Below, piece by piece: positions 12,848-25,807 of a stretch of 64,000 bases of DNA. The position numbers and the translations under genes are program-made. A model generated the notes under the pieces. That model did not search any database. It was given only the letters and a program-made list of their open reading frames with translations, and was not told the origin of the DNA. The DNA lies in the NCBI GenBank assembly GCA_004431415.1, contig QPMI01000111.1:48018-112017 (forward strand). The letters are read 5' to 3'. This DNA is from Cyanophora paradoxa CCMP329 (lineage: Eukaryota > Plantae > Glaucophyta). Numbering within the stretch: position 1 is the first letter of the stretch; each line of letters opens with the position of its first letter.

Positions 12848-15252
12848 CGCTCGCTGGGCCGGCTGCTCTCTCCACGGCGCTGCTGTCTCCCTTGCAACGA
12901 GCTGCACAGCTTCTGCGTCGCGGAGATAGCTGCTGCGCAACTTGCGAAACGAGCGTGTGAAGGTTGCCGCGCCGCATCCTGTTACAAAGTTCGCCGCGAA
13001 GCGTTGTGCCTTCCCTGCCGGTACCCCCAACAACCGGGTACCTCTTCCCCCCGAGCGATCAAATTCCAAATCGAAATGTCACAGTGTACATGTACAGCCC
13101 GACGTCTACGTATACAGACGTCGACGCACAAGCAGGGGGGCTCCGCCCCCCCCGCACCCCCCCAGAATTATTCAGAAAACTTGAAATGACCTTAAGCTTA
13201 ATGATTTGAATAACTATCTAGAAAGAATGAACAAATGAACATTAGGTTTGATATGATGTTTTGATTTGGAAAACTTGAAAGCACTTCGTTGTGCTTCTTG
13301 TTTTCTGTTGGCTGGGAGGAAACCGTTGAACCGTTGAACACTTGTTCATGATCACGATCATGTCCAAGCTTGACCTGAACATCATGATCGGTCATCAGCA
13401 TACCATGATATCGGAATCATAATTATAATTACACAAGCAACAAGCGCAAATAAGGCACAGCAGAAGGCATGCTTTGGATTAATCTTCAGATTGATATTCC
13501 AATCATTGAATGAACATTTTCATTCACAAGAACTTGCTGGCAACACTCTGAGAAGATAATCTTCAAAAAACACTTGCTTGTACTTGCAATTGTTGTTTGC
13601 TGTTGGCTGAGAGGAAGCACTTGGTTATAAGAAGCTGAAGCTTGACCCAGGCATCATGATCAATTGCAAAAACATGCTTCTGCAGAAGTGTTTCGAATTC
13701 ATGCTCAAAGTTTTAACTGATCCGGCACTGAACAGTCAAGTGCACCACAGCATTTGAGAAAGAAAAAAAGAGAAGATAAAGGGACTTTCCATTGAAATGA
13801 CAGCCGGATACACAATTTGAGCCTCGAAACTCCACTTTGTGGCAGATCCTACTGCCACTTACTTCCAAGCTCACTGGCAAGAGCAGCGGCTGCCACTGGG
13901 TTTTTCTAAAAGTCACAGAGTCACACGTCACTCAGTGACTTTTCCTTGTCCTGTTGAACCCATCTCAGTGACCACAGTGAGTCAAGGCAGCACTGGCAGC
14001 CTTCAAGTGCATATCGCATTGAGTATATCAATGAGATGGACAAATCTTCTATTGGCCTGCAATTCACAAGTTCCCCACTTACCAGACATGCTGGCAAGAC
14101 TGCTGGCAGCCAGGCCCGACCACCCTTGCATTGAACTCCACTCAGTGAGTTTGACTGTTCGCAGTGCCTAAAATGCTGGCAGTTTGAGTATGCCGTAGTA
14201 CTAAACTGCTTTTTCTTCCAGGGGGAACATGGGATAATCTACTACTGAGCATGCGCAGCCAACGGCGCCGCGGCGGCCGGGCGGCATCAGCCAGCAACCT
14301 CAGAAGGTCACCAAGGCGTACAAGAGTACGTATACGTAGTACTGATCATCGGATCATGCATATGATCATGATACATGATCGACATCGATATCCGGCCATA
14401 TGCATTCGATTCGGATTCTGGCGCCGGCATGCGCATGCGCACGCATGTGCACGAACTTACTGCGCATGCAGCTGCACAAAACGATAAAAACTAGCAAGTG
14501 AACATGTACATGTACAAAACGATACACGCGCTACCTGTACCAGGCTGCAGTGCAGCTGCAGCGTGGTCATAGTAGCTATAGCTTGCGCACTGCGGCATGC
14601 GCATCATGGCATGCATATATATGCATGCGCATATGCAGCGGCCGGCGCCAGCAGCGGCCGCGCAGGCGGCGGCTGTGCACGCACGTAAACGTGTACACAG
14701 CCTGGCAGCCTGGCAGCAGGCGGTTGCGCACTACTACGCGGCACTAGTACGTGTACGTATACGTACGCGGCTGCCAGGCTGTGGCCATGGCACATGCATA
14801 TGCAAATATAAGTATACGTATAATATTCGTACGTTTACCTGGGCTTCCGAGGCTTCAAGCTTAAGGCTTAGTCCGACGGTCCTAGATCTAGATCTAGACA
14901 TGTACAGCAAAACATGTGCAGCCAGGTTCTCATGATCAAAATTCCTACGACCTGGAATGGTGTAAGGGGCCTTCAGCGCAGATGTGCTTCAGGAGTAAGG
15001 GGTGGGGCTTGTGAGGGGTGGGGAGTAAGGTATGTTGCATCAGGAACAAGTTGATGGGAAAAAAGCACGAGCATCATTTCGAATCGATGAGCGAGAAATG
15101 ACGAAGGGGGAGATATACTGTTCAAGTACAAGCCTGAATTCACGATGTCGACGGGAATGGGATCAGATCCTGCACTACAGCTGGTACTAGGTCCCGAGGC
15201 CAAGAGACGCCGGGTCGTCGACCACGAAGAGCGGAACAATGGAAAGGGCATC

Positions 15253-15560
15253 TGTGGGCGGATATCTCAGATCAAGAAACCGCTGCGAGAGCCGTCCGGC
15301 CGCGCCGCCGGCTCACGGCTTACCTGGCCCAAAGAGCGAGGCCCGCCGGACGAGCCTCGCGGCCGAGCTCTCGATGCGCTTGGGCGCCCCGCGGGCTGCG
15401 GGCGCGCGCTACGGAGGGCATCTGCGGGCGGATATCTCAGAGATCGTTGCGAGAGCCGTCCGGCCGCGCCGCCGGCTCACGGCCCACCTGGCCCAAAGAG
15501 CGAGGCCCGCCGGACGAGCCCCGAGCCCCAGAACGAGCTCTCGATGCGCGCGATGCGCCA
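15253..15560. repeat. tandem duplication of a ~170-bp unit
   Basis: ggcggatatctcaga...gagccgtccggccgcgccgccggctcacgg...cctggcccaaagagcgaggcccgccggacgagcc occurs twice (~15257 and ~15427). Confidence 0.8.
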
Positions 15561-15819
15561 GGCCCAGTTTGCGCTAGCTACATGCAGGGCCCCAGCATGC
15601 GCACGGTCCCCAATCGATATCTGCACCGCGTCTGCGATCTCTGTCTTGAAGCCCGCGGCCGCGCGGGGCCGCCGGAGCTGGATCTATGCGCAGATCTATC
15701 TAGCCAGTGTCGGCGACGCGTCAGTCGCGCGCGCGGTTACGCGCGCCAGGATGCATAGAGCGCGCTGGGCTGCGTGAACGAGAGCTGCAGCGGACGAGGC
15801 TTGTCAACCGGCTAACATC

Positions 15820-16787
15820 TTGCTCCAAAGAACTACACCCTCTACCCAGATGCCCGCTGCCGGGTACAGAGCCATCAACTTTGTGGACCTCGGCCAAAAT
15901 GGCGAGCAAGATTCTGCCGGTTTCCAACGGCGAGTCACACGGAGTGCGCGTAGTGCTTCTATTGCTCGTGCGGAATGCTCCGATGCAAATTACAAGCGCC
16001 TTCTGCAGGCGCCCATCCCACCCGAGCTTGCTGAGGCGATCGGAAAGATCACCCACGATCTGAAGACGAAAACTTCAAAGGTGAGTTTAGATTCCCGGCC
16101 GTGTACGCGTGCGTTGACATCGTTCTCAGGACTTCCGTCTGAAATATGGCGCCGGGGCAACCGACAAGGATTTTCTCGAAATGAATGATGACGATCCAGT
16201 CCTGCTTCTTCTTTTAAACGGTGAGGCGCCCGCGCCGCGCTTACGGGCGCGTCCTCTCTTACCCGCCGGCGGTTCCGGCGCGGGCCGCTCGTTTTTGAAG
16301 ATGAGGAGGCGCGCCGCCGACGGAATGCTGGAATTCAGGGGATTCCTCCATCAGCAGGCAAAACGCCGTGATCCGCTCCTTACTCTCTGTCCTGATCTCG
16401 CCAGCAGAGGCCCTCTTCGCAACAATCGTAGGAGAGCGGCTCAACGGGGGGGACACATTATCTGGCTCATCGGGCGCCCTTTTCCGGTTTTCCTCCATCA
16501 CAGATATCGACCAGACTCTGGGCAGACTATGCGTGAGTTGGAAGTGGCCTTCCCCTTATGCAGCTCACGTGAAATTCTTTCTGAGCAGACCACATTTCGG
16601 GGAATAACAGGCGAATTCCAGCATCCGCAGACGCCCGTCCCCCTGATCCGCACGGTGCGCCTCGGCATATCTTACTGTTCCGATGGTTCTACACCTTGAT
16701 CATTTGCAAATTTCAAAGCAGGCCATCATTTTTGGAAGAACTCCACAGGGACGGCCTGTCGATAACTTGGACAGTCGATTCATATAA
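15820..16787 (+). CDS. hypothetical spliced gene of unknown function; start uncertain
   Basis: GT-AG introns (e.g. 16081-16129 gtgag...ctcag) join protein-like exons in frame (..KITHDLKTKTSK/DFRLKYGAGATDKDFLEMNDDDPVLLLLLN.., ..VIRSLLSVLISPAEALFATIVGERL..). No recognisable domain. Confidence 0.4.
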
Positions 16788-17759
16788 ACGCCAAATCGAA
16801 CCCTCAAGTGCGTCTGCTGCTCCGATTCTTCCCGGCGCCTCGCCTGACCCTCGTGTGGCACCAGGGCACGGTATCAAATGCAATGTGTACCCCGTCACTG
16901 TCCAAGACCTGTCGAGCTGCGCCGCTGTGTGGCGGACATGTAGTCTAGTTTCTCTGCTGTTCATGTTTTGAAGGTCGTAACGTTTCTGAAGCTAGTTCCC
17001 CATTCCTCAGCAACGGTTCCTCGGTGACTTATTTAGTGCACACTAGCTATCACTTTGAGCTTTCAGCTCATTATCAAATTAATATCCTCAGTGTCATAGT
17101 GCCGCACTAGCTATCACTACTAGGCTGAAAAGCCGAATTTGGAAGTATGAACGTCTCATTGAGGAAGGGAAAAACACTGCATCTGTCCCTCTCCTTCAGG
17201 CCCAACTCTACCCAAAATCCCATTTCCCCGACCTCCGTGACCTCCCCGGCCAGAGCTGGACGCACCACTGGGCCATCTGATAGCAGCCTGGCAGGGGCGG
17301 CCAGGGTTTCAGCCGGTTAGGCCATGCGGTGCATTTCGCAGCCTGGCCGCTGGCCTGCTTTCGATCCCCTTCCGAGGTCCCTGGTCCGTCGGAGCCACCT
17401 GGTGTGCATGCGCACTGTGCCATACTTCAATTCATGATTGCAAGCTTTCGTACTAGTGAAGGCTTGCAATTATGCCTTCCCTTCATGCCCAGGATGTACG
17501 TATACCGTAGTACTAGTACTTGCGAGTTGAGTGACTGATTTTCAAGTTTAAGAAATTTAGCGTACAGCCGCTGCCAGGCCTAGGCTGATAGCTGTGCGTG
17601 ATGCATATATATTCAAGCTTGATCATTGTCCGACGGTCATTGTCTAGATAGTTCGAGTTAACGTTGTGGACTCTAAATGCAGCTCGGTCCTTTTTTCAGA
17701 AGTGCGGGAGGACGAGATCTAGCTCAGCGGCTCTATATAGCTAGATCTTGATCATGAGA

Positions 17760-18345
17760 AGCGCCGCCGTCCGCCGCGCCTCCGCCCCGCCTGGCGAGCC
17801 ACGCCACCCCCGGGCCCCGAACGCGCCTCCGCCCCGCCCGGCGAGCCGCGCCGCCGCCCGGCACGCCTTCGCCCCAGCCGGAGAGCCGCTCCGAGGCTCT
17901 GCCGCTGCGGCGCCCGACGTGCCTCCCGCCCCATCCGGAGAGCCGCGCCGCCGCCGCCGCGCCTCCGCCCGCCCGGCGAGCCGCGCCGCCGCCCGCCGCG
18001 CCTCCGCCCGCCGCCCGCCGCGCCTCCGCCCTGCCCGGCGAGCCACGCCGCCACCCGCCGCGCCGCGCCTCCGCCCGCCCGGCGAGCCGCGCCGCCGCCC
18101 GCCGCGCCTCCGCCCGCCGCCCGCCGCGCCTCCGCCCTGCCTGGCGAGCCACGCCGCCACCCGCCGCGCCGCGCCTCCGCCCGCCCGGCGAGCCGCGCCG
18201 CCGCCCGCCGCGCCGGCGCCTCCGCCCCGCCCGGCCGGCGAGCCATGCCGCCACCCGCCGCGCCGCGCCTCCACCCCGCCCGGCGAGCCGCGCCGCCGCC
18301 CGCCGCGCCTCCGCCCCGCCCGGCGAGCCGCGCCGCCGCCCGGGA
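17760..18345. repeat. GC-rich minisatellite (~39-bp unit cgcgcctccgcccgcccggcgagccgcgccgccgcc)
   Basis: More than 10 imperfect tandem copies; this explains the spurious AARRAGGG-type ORFs. Confidence 0.9.
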
Positions 18346-21289
18346 GGAACCCGGCGGCCGCGCCGCTGCGCCGGCGTTGGCCGGCGATGGCGCGGGCGCG
18401 TGGAGGCGCAGCGGCAGGCGCTCAGCGCAGACGAGGAGCGCAGCCTCCTCTATACAAAAGTGCGGCGCTCAGGCAGGCGCTCAGCGCAGACGAAGAGCGC
18501 AGCAAGGCGGACGGGTGCGGCCGCAGTCTTGGAGGTTGATCAGGATCAGGCCGGCTGTGCCGGTGGCGCGCGGCGCAAGTGATGGCATCTGACCATGCGG
18601 CTGGCAATCGCCAAGCTTGGATCTGAGGGCGGCGTGCGCGGGGCAGTCAGAACAATTGGAGTGCACTCGGCCGGGCCAAGCGGCGCGCACCGGAACGCGG
18701 CGTTGCGGGCGCTTTCTTTCTACACTGACGAACATGCTGGTACAGGTTGCCCGGCCGAGCGAAGTGCTTCCCGCATGAGATGCAGCGACCGCCAGGATCG
18801 CAGCCACGGATGTCGCTGCAGGGCTCTGAGCATAGCTCGACCTCTTCTGCATCTATGTTGGCTGAGCCGGAAGGCGGCGCCATCGTTATCACCCGGATTC
18901 TGGGTGTCCTGGCTGTAGCCCGTACCCCAAAATGCTCGAGAGTCGAGACTCGATAAACTGAAACTCGCAGGAGCGTGTTTTTCCGGCGCCCGGTACAACA
19001 GGTACTCGAGGCGGCCTAGCGGGCCACCCTGTACATGTGCCCTGCCGGTCTCTGCATGTATGACAGGAATCGTCCGGCATATCAGGCGTATTCAGACGCA
19101 CCTGGTCCAGCAGGTATACCGCCACTTGGTGAGGCGCTAGATAGCATTTTTTGAAAATGGGTTAATGCCCATTCCTGGTCGACCCGACGGCCGGATCTCC
19201 CGGTATACGTACACAGCGGTACGCTTGTATGGGGAAGATCTAGAACTTCGCCGGAGGTTTGCTGCAACTTACCTAAAAGTACTCCAAATTCTCCGCAAGT
19301 ACGGCTAAAAAAACCACCAAGAACCTCTGCATGGACCTCGAAAGGTACGACCAGGGTACGGGTGGTTGAGGTACCGAGTTACTTCCGGCGCGCTGGCTCA
19401 TACAAGCCCAGAATCAAGCACTAAAACCTGGTCGGCGTTCCGGGCCGTAGCTAGGCGCTCCAGCTGCAGGAATGGCGTCCAATCGATCAATACTGATGTC
19501 TCTGATGCCAAGCGCGCGCCCCCGAAGCGATTCAGGTGCCGTCCGTGCGAACTGCTTCGCCCCACTGGTCTGACGCGGTCCGAGCTGCAGCTAGGTGGCC
19601 GGAAAGCGCAGGCGGTCAACCTATGAGCTGACGGCTATCGGGCAGCGCAGGCAGGTGCGGCTTTTCAAAATCGCCGCTAACGGTCACATTGCACTGAGCG
19701 CAATCTGCCCGCAGACAAGCGCTCTCGCTGGCTGAAACGCATCTAACGAGTCTGTAGAGGGGGCCAGAGTGCTTCGCCGCTGCCGCCGCCGCCGACTAGG
19801 TGTGGTGCTGCCGCCGCCGCTGCCGCCCACTCCATTGACGAAGCGCAGACCCTGTAGATCAGCCGTCGTGCAAGCCGTGTCGTCGGTAGAAGCAGATGTT
19901 GTCTCTTAGGCCGCCCTCCTTCACGGTTCGCCGCCCGCTTGCATGCTCTCGACCGCCCGACCGAAGCACGACCCGTATCGATTGCAGCGCGCTCGGCTGG
20001 CGGCGGCATGATGTAGCAGAGCTTTCTGATCTGTGCAGCAATGCCGCGGTCCGTTCGGTTTCCTTTTTCCGGTTGTCCGCTCCGTCGCCGCCTGCTGATT
20101 CCTCTCGCACGCAGCCAGACGGTGCTGCGCTATTGCTGCTCTGATGAATACGAAGCGATAGTGCTGTTTTGGCAGAGCTGCTGCATCGACGAGCAGCCGC
20201 CTCGCTACGCCGGCCGGCCGGCCGGCGCTCTCTTGAACCCTGCGCTTCTAGCTGCGCTGCTTGGCTCGCGCTGCTAGATCTAGACAGTTTGGCTTTCAGT
20301 ATGGCTGGAGCGCAACACCCGCCGCCAGGCCGGTCTAGATCTGCTGCCGGCTGGCGGACCGCGCCCGGCCTCCAAGCACCGCTTTCTGCGTGGCTGCTCT
20401 CCAGCCTAGCCTAGGATTCTGTGATCTATTTGTGTTTTAGTGAAGCACACGCTCTCGCACCCACTGGGCCAGGCTCGGCGCGGATCTTGGGGCTTGGTTA
20501 GTTCTTGGCCGCAGTGCTTGAATGGGTCGCATGATGTGTGTCGGCACCCCTCGGAAGCGTACTGCAGCAGATCTGAGCGTATAAGCTTGCACGGGCCGGC
20601 TGAGTACGCCGACGCCGCGCCTTGCACGCCGAGGCAACTAGTCCGCCAGGCCGACACCCCCTCGGCTGCGCGCACGCCGTCATTCGGTGGCTGGTCCGCC
20701 GCGAGCCCTCCGAGGGCTCGCATTGAAGAGAAAACTCAATTTGACACCGCGCGAATGCTTCGGGGATGAGCTGCGCGACGTTTACTTGACGCGCGACGCG
20801 CTGATCCTGTGAGTGATCATGAGCGATATGAGGTGCGGGGTAAGCGAGTTCGCGACGTAGAAGCTGCAGGCGGGCTGTATATGGCCTTATTTAATGTTAT
20901 CATGCTTAGTTATAGCGGCCACCGCAGTTGCCAAGTTGCCAATTTCATGACCTCTTTCAGATCCGAAATGACGGGTCAGTTTCATGCTGGTTGATAAGGC
21001 ATTTTGAAGAATTAATCATGCGGTTTTTTGGCAACTCGTCGGAGGCTGTCCACGCGCTTTTGGCTGCAGTTTCTGTCGATAATAGTTCATAACTGATACA
21101 TTTTGGAGCATTAGAGGCTGCCGGGGCCGCGCGCGGCTCTCGGACTCCTGCCACAGGTGCTGTCACTGGGCCTCGGGGCCAGAACTGAGTTCGGAGCCAA
21201 ACACACACATACAGCGCGTGCGCTTCAAATTACATCGTATTTGCACTAAATTAAAACTTTAAAAAGCCCTGAAAGAGCCGCTGAGTCCA

Positions 21290-21945
21290 ACGCCGCCCGG
21301 CGCAGCCCCGCGCCGCCCGGGCGGCCGCCAGCGCCGCCCCACGCCGCCGCCCGCCGCCCCGGCGGCCCGCGCCGCCTGGGCGTCTGCCCCACGCCGCCCC
21401 GCGCCGCACCACGCCGGCACGCGCAGCCCAGGCGGCCGCCCCGCGCCGCCCCGCGCCGCCCGCGCCGCGCGGGCGGCCGCCAGCCTGGCAGAGCCGCCCC
21501 GAGCCGCCCGAGCCGCCCCGAGCCGCCCCGCGCCGCGCGGGCGGCCGCCAGCGCCGCCCCGCGCCGCCCTGCGCCGCGCCGGCGGCCGCCAGCGCCGCTC
21601 CACGCCGCCCCGCGCCGCCCCGCGCCGCCCGGACGGCCGCCAGCGCCACCCGCGCTGCCGCTCCCCGCCCCGCGCCGCCTGGGCGGCCGCCAGCGCCGCA
21701 GCCCCGCGCCGCGCGGGCGGCCGCCCGGGGCCAGCGCCGCCCCACGCCGCCCGCGCCGCCACGCGCCGCGCGGGCGGCCGCCAGCGCCGCCCCACGCCTC
21801 CCCGCGCCGCCCTGCGCCTCGCGGCGGCCGCCAGCGCCGCCCACGCCGCCCCGCGCCGCGCGGGCGGCCGCCAGCGCCGCCCACGCCGTCCCGCGCCGCC
21901 CCGCGCCGCCCCACGCCGCCCGGGCGGCCGCCCCACGACGCGCCG
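21290..21945. repeat. GC-rich minisatellite (~40-bp unit gggcggccgccagcgccgccccacgccgccccgcgccg)
   Basis: More than 10 imperfect tandem copies. Confidence 0.9.
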
Positions 21946-23231
21946 TGCCGCCCCCAACGCTCTGCCGAGGCGGCATCAGTGCGATGCGCGCATGAACGCG
22001 GCGGCATCAGGTCGCGGCGCATGAACGCGGCGGCATCAGGCGCCCGAAGTCGTTGATTATATCTAGTCGCTATGAACGAGACGAACGAGGGCGAGCGCCG
22101 CCCGATGCCGCCCCGCCCGCGTCGCTTCTGGTGCTCCGCGCCGCTCCTGGCCGCCACGGCTGCTTGGATCTTGTCCACATGCACGGACTTCTTGTAAGTG
22201 CTTCCAAAGGCTCCCGACGCAACCTCCTTGTGGCGCGGGGGTCAGCGCGGTGCGGGAAGGCGAACGAACGAGGGCCATGGCCGCCGCCGCGGCCGCCCTT
22301 AAGCAGCGAACACGCCATCCTGGTAGCCGCTGAGTGCCGCGAGGGCACGCATGCGCACCAGAACGGAGTACCACGGGCCGCGACCGCGCACGGACGGCCG
22401 ACGCGCGCGGCGCTCAAAGCACGGGTCGCTAGCGCTCGCTTGCTGCTGCTAGCTAGGCGGCGGCAGAAGCGCGCGCCGGTCCGAGCGGCTCGAGCGACTC
22501 ATAGTCGATCCTAGGCCTACTAGGCTGGGCCTAGGGCGGCGGCCGCGGCGCGACTTTCGTACGCGTCGACTCGCCCAAGTCCATTTTTTTTCAGGGTTCG
22601 CGATCGCGTGGCGAGCGAATTTGGTTGGCTAGGCGTCGCGATCGATAACATAGATTGCGAAACCGAAACATAGCCAGCTAGAGATTGAGAAGCGCTTCCG
22701 AATGATACTAATTTATAAGCTCATGACGCGTTCAGCACTCTGTGACGCCCGGCAGCGCGTCGAAGGATTGCTGCCTTCGCTACGGCGATTTCATCCCCGG
22801 GGTCGACTTGGGGGGGTTGAAGGCGGGATACATCAATAGTGTTTTTGACTCGAGGTCTTAGGACTTGACGTCAATTTGACGGTTCGACGGTTTCGCTGTC
22901 GTGACTCGGAGGTTTTTTTGGCTCCAAGTTGACGTGACACGGAGGTTGTTGGCTCCTAGACTCGGCTCCTAGCGCAAACCTCCGGCGAAGTTCTTCCCCA
23001 TACAAGCGTACCGCTGTGGTACACTTTTCCGGACATCTAGATACATGCCTTGCTATAGCTAGGATCCGGCGAGAAAACCCGGGTTTTGGGAGGACGGGAC
23101 ATTTCATTGTGGTATACATTGCATTCCCAAGTCCGGGGAAATCAGGCGCTTAAGGCGACATCCGGCCGGTAGCGTCGACCGGATCCGGAACGTGTTCCGG
23201 ACGACCGGCAGTGGTCCGGCACCGCAAATCC

Positions 23232-25807
23232 TAGAGCCCGGTCCGTTCCCTCGTCGACGACCGGTCCGATCCCCACCGGGGGTACCGTCATGGAACTGGG
23301 TTAACCGGGTGAGCCCGGCTAGGCCTGCTGCAGGCTAGCAACCTGGAACAGGGCTACGTGCATGCACGGCGGCAGCCGCGCGGCGAAGTCGCAGGCCCAC
23401 TAGCTAGGAGCGCTGCGAGATGCAGAGCCGCGCGCTCAGCACTAGCTAGCTACAGCTGCGCCTTCGCCTAGCGCCCCGGCGGCGGCAAGCCCGCGCATGC
23501 GGCCGACACGCGAGGGCGGCACGCGTCCAGCGAGCGGCACTGTCGTCGGAGATCTCCGGAGCTCTCGTAGCTAGTGTCTCCGCGGCCGCCCACGCACCTG
23601 CGCCGCGACCGGCCTCGGGAGAAGTCGAACGCCGAGCGCCAGGTGCGGACCAGCCCGCCGCCTGTCGCGCAGAAGCTCTTTCTGAGATGCACGGACTCCG
23701 ACGAGAACGCTCACGGCCCGCACAGGCAGCCGGGGCGCCCGCGGGTCGAACACCGCCGCGCATTCTCGGTCCCGCGGCCGCGCCCGTGCGTCCTCGCCCG
23801 AGTCGCTGCGCGCCGCCTGGATCTATGCCCTGAGTGCTCACGAAAACGCCGCTCAGGATCAGATCTTCCGCCGGGCAGCCCTCGGCGCCGCCGGCCCCGC
23901 CTCTCTGGATGCGGCCGCCCAGGGCGCGGTCTCGCCGGCGGGCGGCTCCGTGGCGCGCGGCGTGCGCTCCTTGAGTGCGGCTATCCGGGCGCGGAGCGCG
24001 GCGCCCGGCGCCGCGGTTCCAGCGGAGCGCGGCGGCAGCAACTGGTTAGGGGGGGCCTTGGGATCAGCAGGAGCTCGTAGGCCCTTTCCGCCTGGCGCGC
24101 GTCGATAGGCGTAGATGTCGTGTAGAGTGTGTACTATTTGATATTCGAACAGAGAGTCGCCGATTCAGCCGCGCTCGGGATCTGCCTCGATTTGATCCAG
24201 TGGGGGATCCCCGCCTGCATTACCACGGCCCGCGAGGCCTCGTTTAAGCCTTGCATCTTGTGAATTATAATATGGATGGTTTTTGGACCGGAGCTCATCA
24301 TGTGTAGAGCCCTGGAACCACTCCTGTATCTCATCATACGGAACCTGCTGGCTGGATTAGTGCTTGCGGTCGACAGGGCGCGAATCACTAACTAGCAACT
24401 TCATATTCGGAAAGAGCAGCTTCAATATACCCTGTATACAAATTTTCAGCTTTATAACTTGTTCCGGGAACGCGCCTTGCTTCGTGGCATTTGCAATCAT
24501 GATGATCAAACTCGTGAACTCATGATGCTGTTTTGAGTTTATGGGCAGAGTTTCTCATTCCCGGAACGTGCTCTGAAGCTATAAATTGGTACATAGACTA
24601 ATTGAAGGGTGCTCTTTCCGAATATGAAGTTCTCAGTGGGTGATTCGCGCCGTGTCAATCAGAAAAAACATGATCATGCAATTCAGGCCTCAGCCAGCAG
24701 ATCCTGTAATGCAGGAGCGGTTCCAATGCTCTGCTGCCTGCGAGCTCCGGTATATAAGTTATTTGGATCAATATCTATACGGAACCAAGCTTAAAGGAAG
24801 TGCTCGCGGGCCGTGGTAATGCAGGTGCAGTGTCCCGGCTGGATCAAATCGAGGCAGATCCCGAGCGCGGCTGGATCGGCGACTCTCTGTTCGAATATCA
24901 AATAGTACACACTCTACACGACATCTACGCCTACCGACGCGCGCCAGGCGGAAAGGGCCTACGAGCTCCTGCTGATCCCAAGGCCCCCCCTAACCAGTTG
25001 CTGCCGCCGCGCTCCGCTGGAACCGCGGCGCCGGGCGCCGCGCTCCGCGCCCGGATAGCCGCACTCAAGGAGCGCACGCCGCGCGCCACGGAGCCGCCCG
25101 CCGGCGAGACCGCGCCCTGGGCGGCCGCATCCAGAGAGGCGGGGCCGGCGGCGCCGAGGGCTGCCCGGCGGAAGATCTGATCCTGAGCGGCGTTTTCGTG
25201 AGCACTCAGGGCATAGATCCAGGCGGCGCGCAGCGACTCGGGCGAGGACGCACGGGCGCGGCCGCGGGACCGAGAATGCGCGGCGGTGTTCGACCCGCGG
25301 GCGCCCCGGCTGCCTGCGCGGGCCGTGAGCGTTCTCGTCGGAGTCCGTGCATCTCAGAAAGAGCTTCTGCGCGACAGGCGGCGGGCTGGTCCGCACCTGG
25401 CGCTCGGCGTTCGACTTCTCCCGAGGCCGGTCGCGGCGCAGGTGCGTGGGCGGCCGCGGAGACACTAGCTACGAGAGCTCCGGAGATCTCCGACGACAGT
25501 GCCGCTCGCTGGACGCGTGCCGCCCTCGCGTGTCGGCCGCATGCGCGGGCTTGCCGCCGCCGGGGCGCTAGGCGAAGGCGCAGCTGTAGCTAGCTAGTGC
25601 TGAGCGCGCGGCTCTGCATCTCGCAGCGCTCCTAGCTAGTGGGCCTGCGACTTCGCCGCGCGGCTGCCGCCGTGCATGCACGTAGCCCTGTTCCGGGTTG
25701 CTAGCCTGCAGCAGGCCTAGCCGGGCTCACCCGGTTAACCCGGTTCCATGACGGTACCCCCGGTGGGGATCGGACCGGTCGTCGACGAGGGAACGGACCG
25801 GACCCTA
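23232..25807. mobile_element. foldback / large palindrome: ~960-bp near-identical inverted arms plus diverged inner arms
   Basis: 23239-~24200 is the reverse complement of ~24840-25800 (identical ORFs 23446..23841- and 25198..25593+). Inner symmetry continues to ~24520. Ends are tagagcccggtccg / cggaccggacccta. Confidence 0.9.

Noticed and set aside
17733-22184. Gly/Ala/Arg-rich ORFs over the two minisatellites
   Set aside because: They are translations of tandem repeats.
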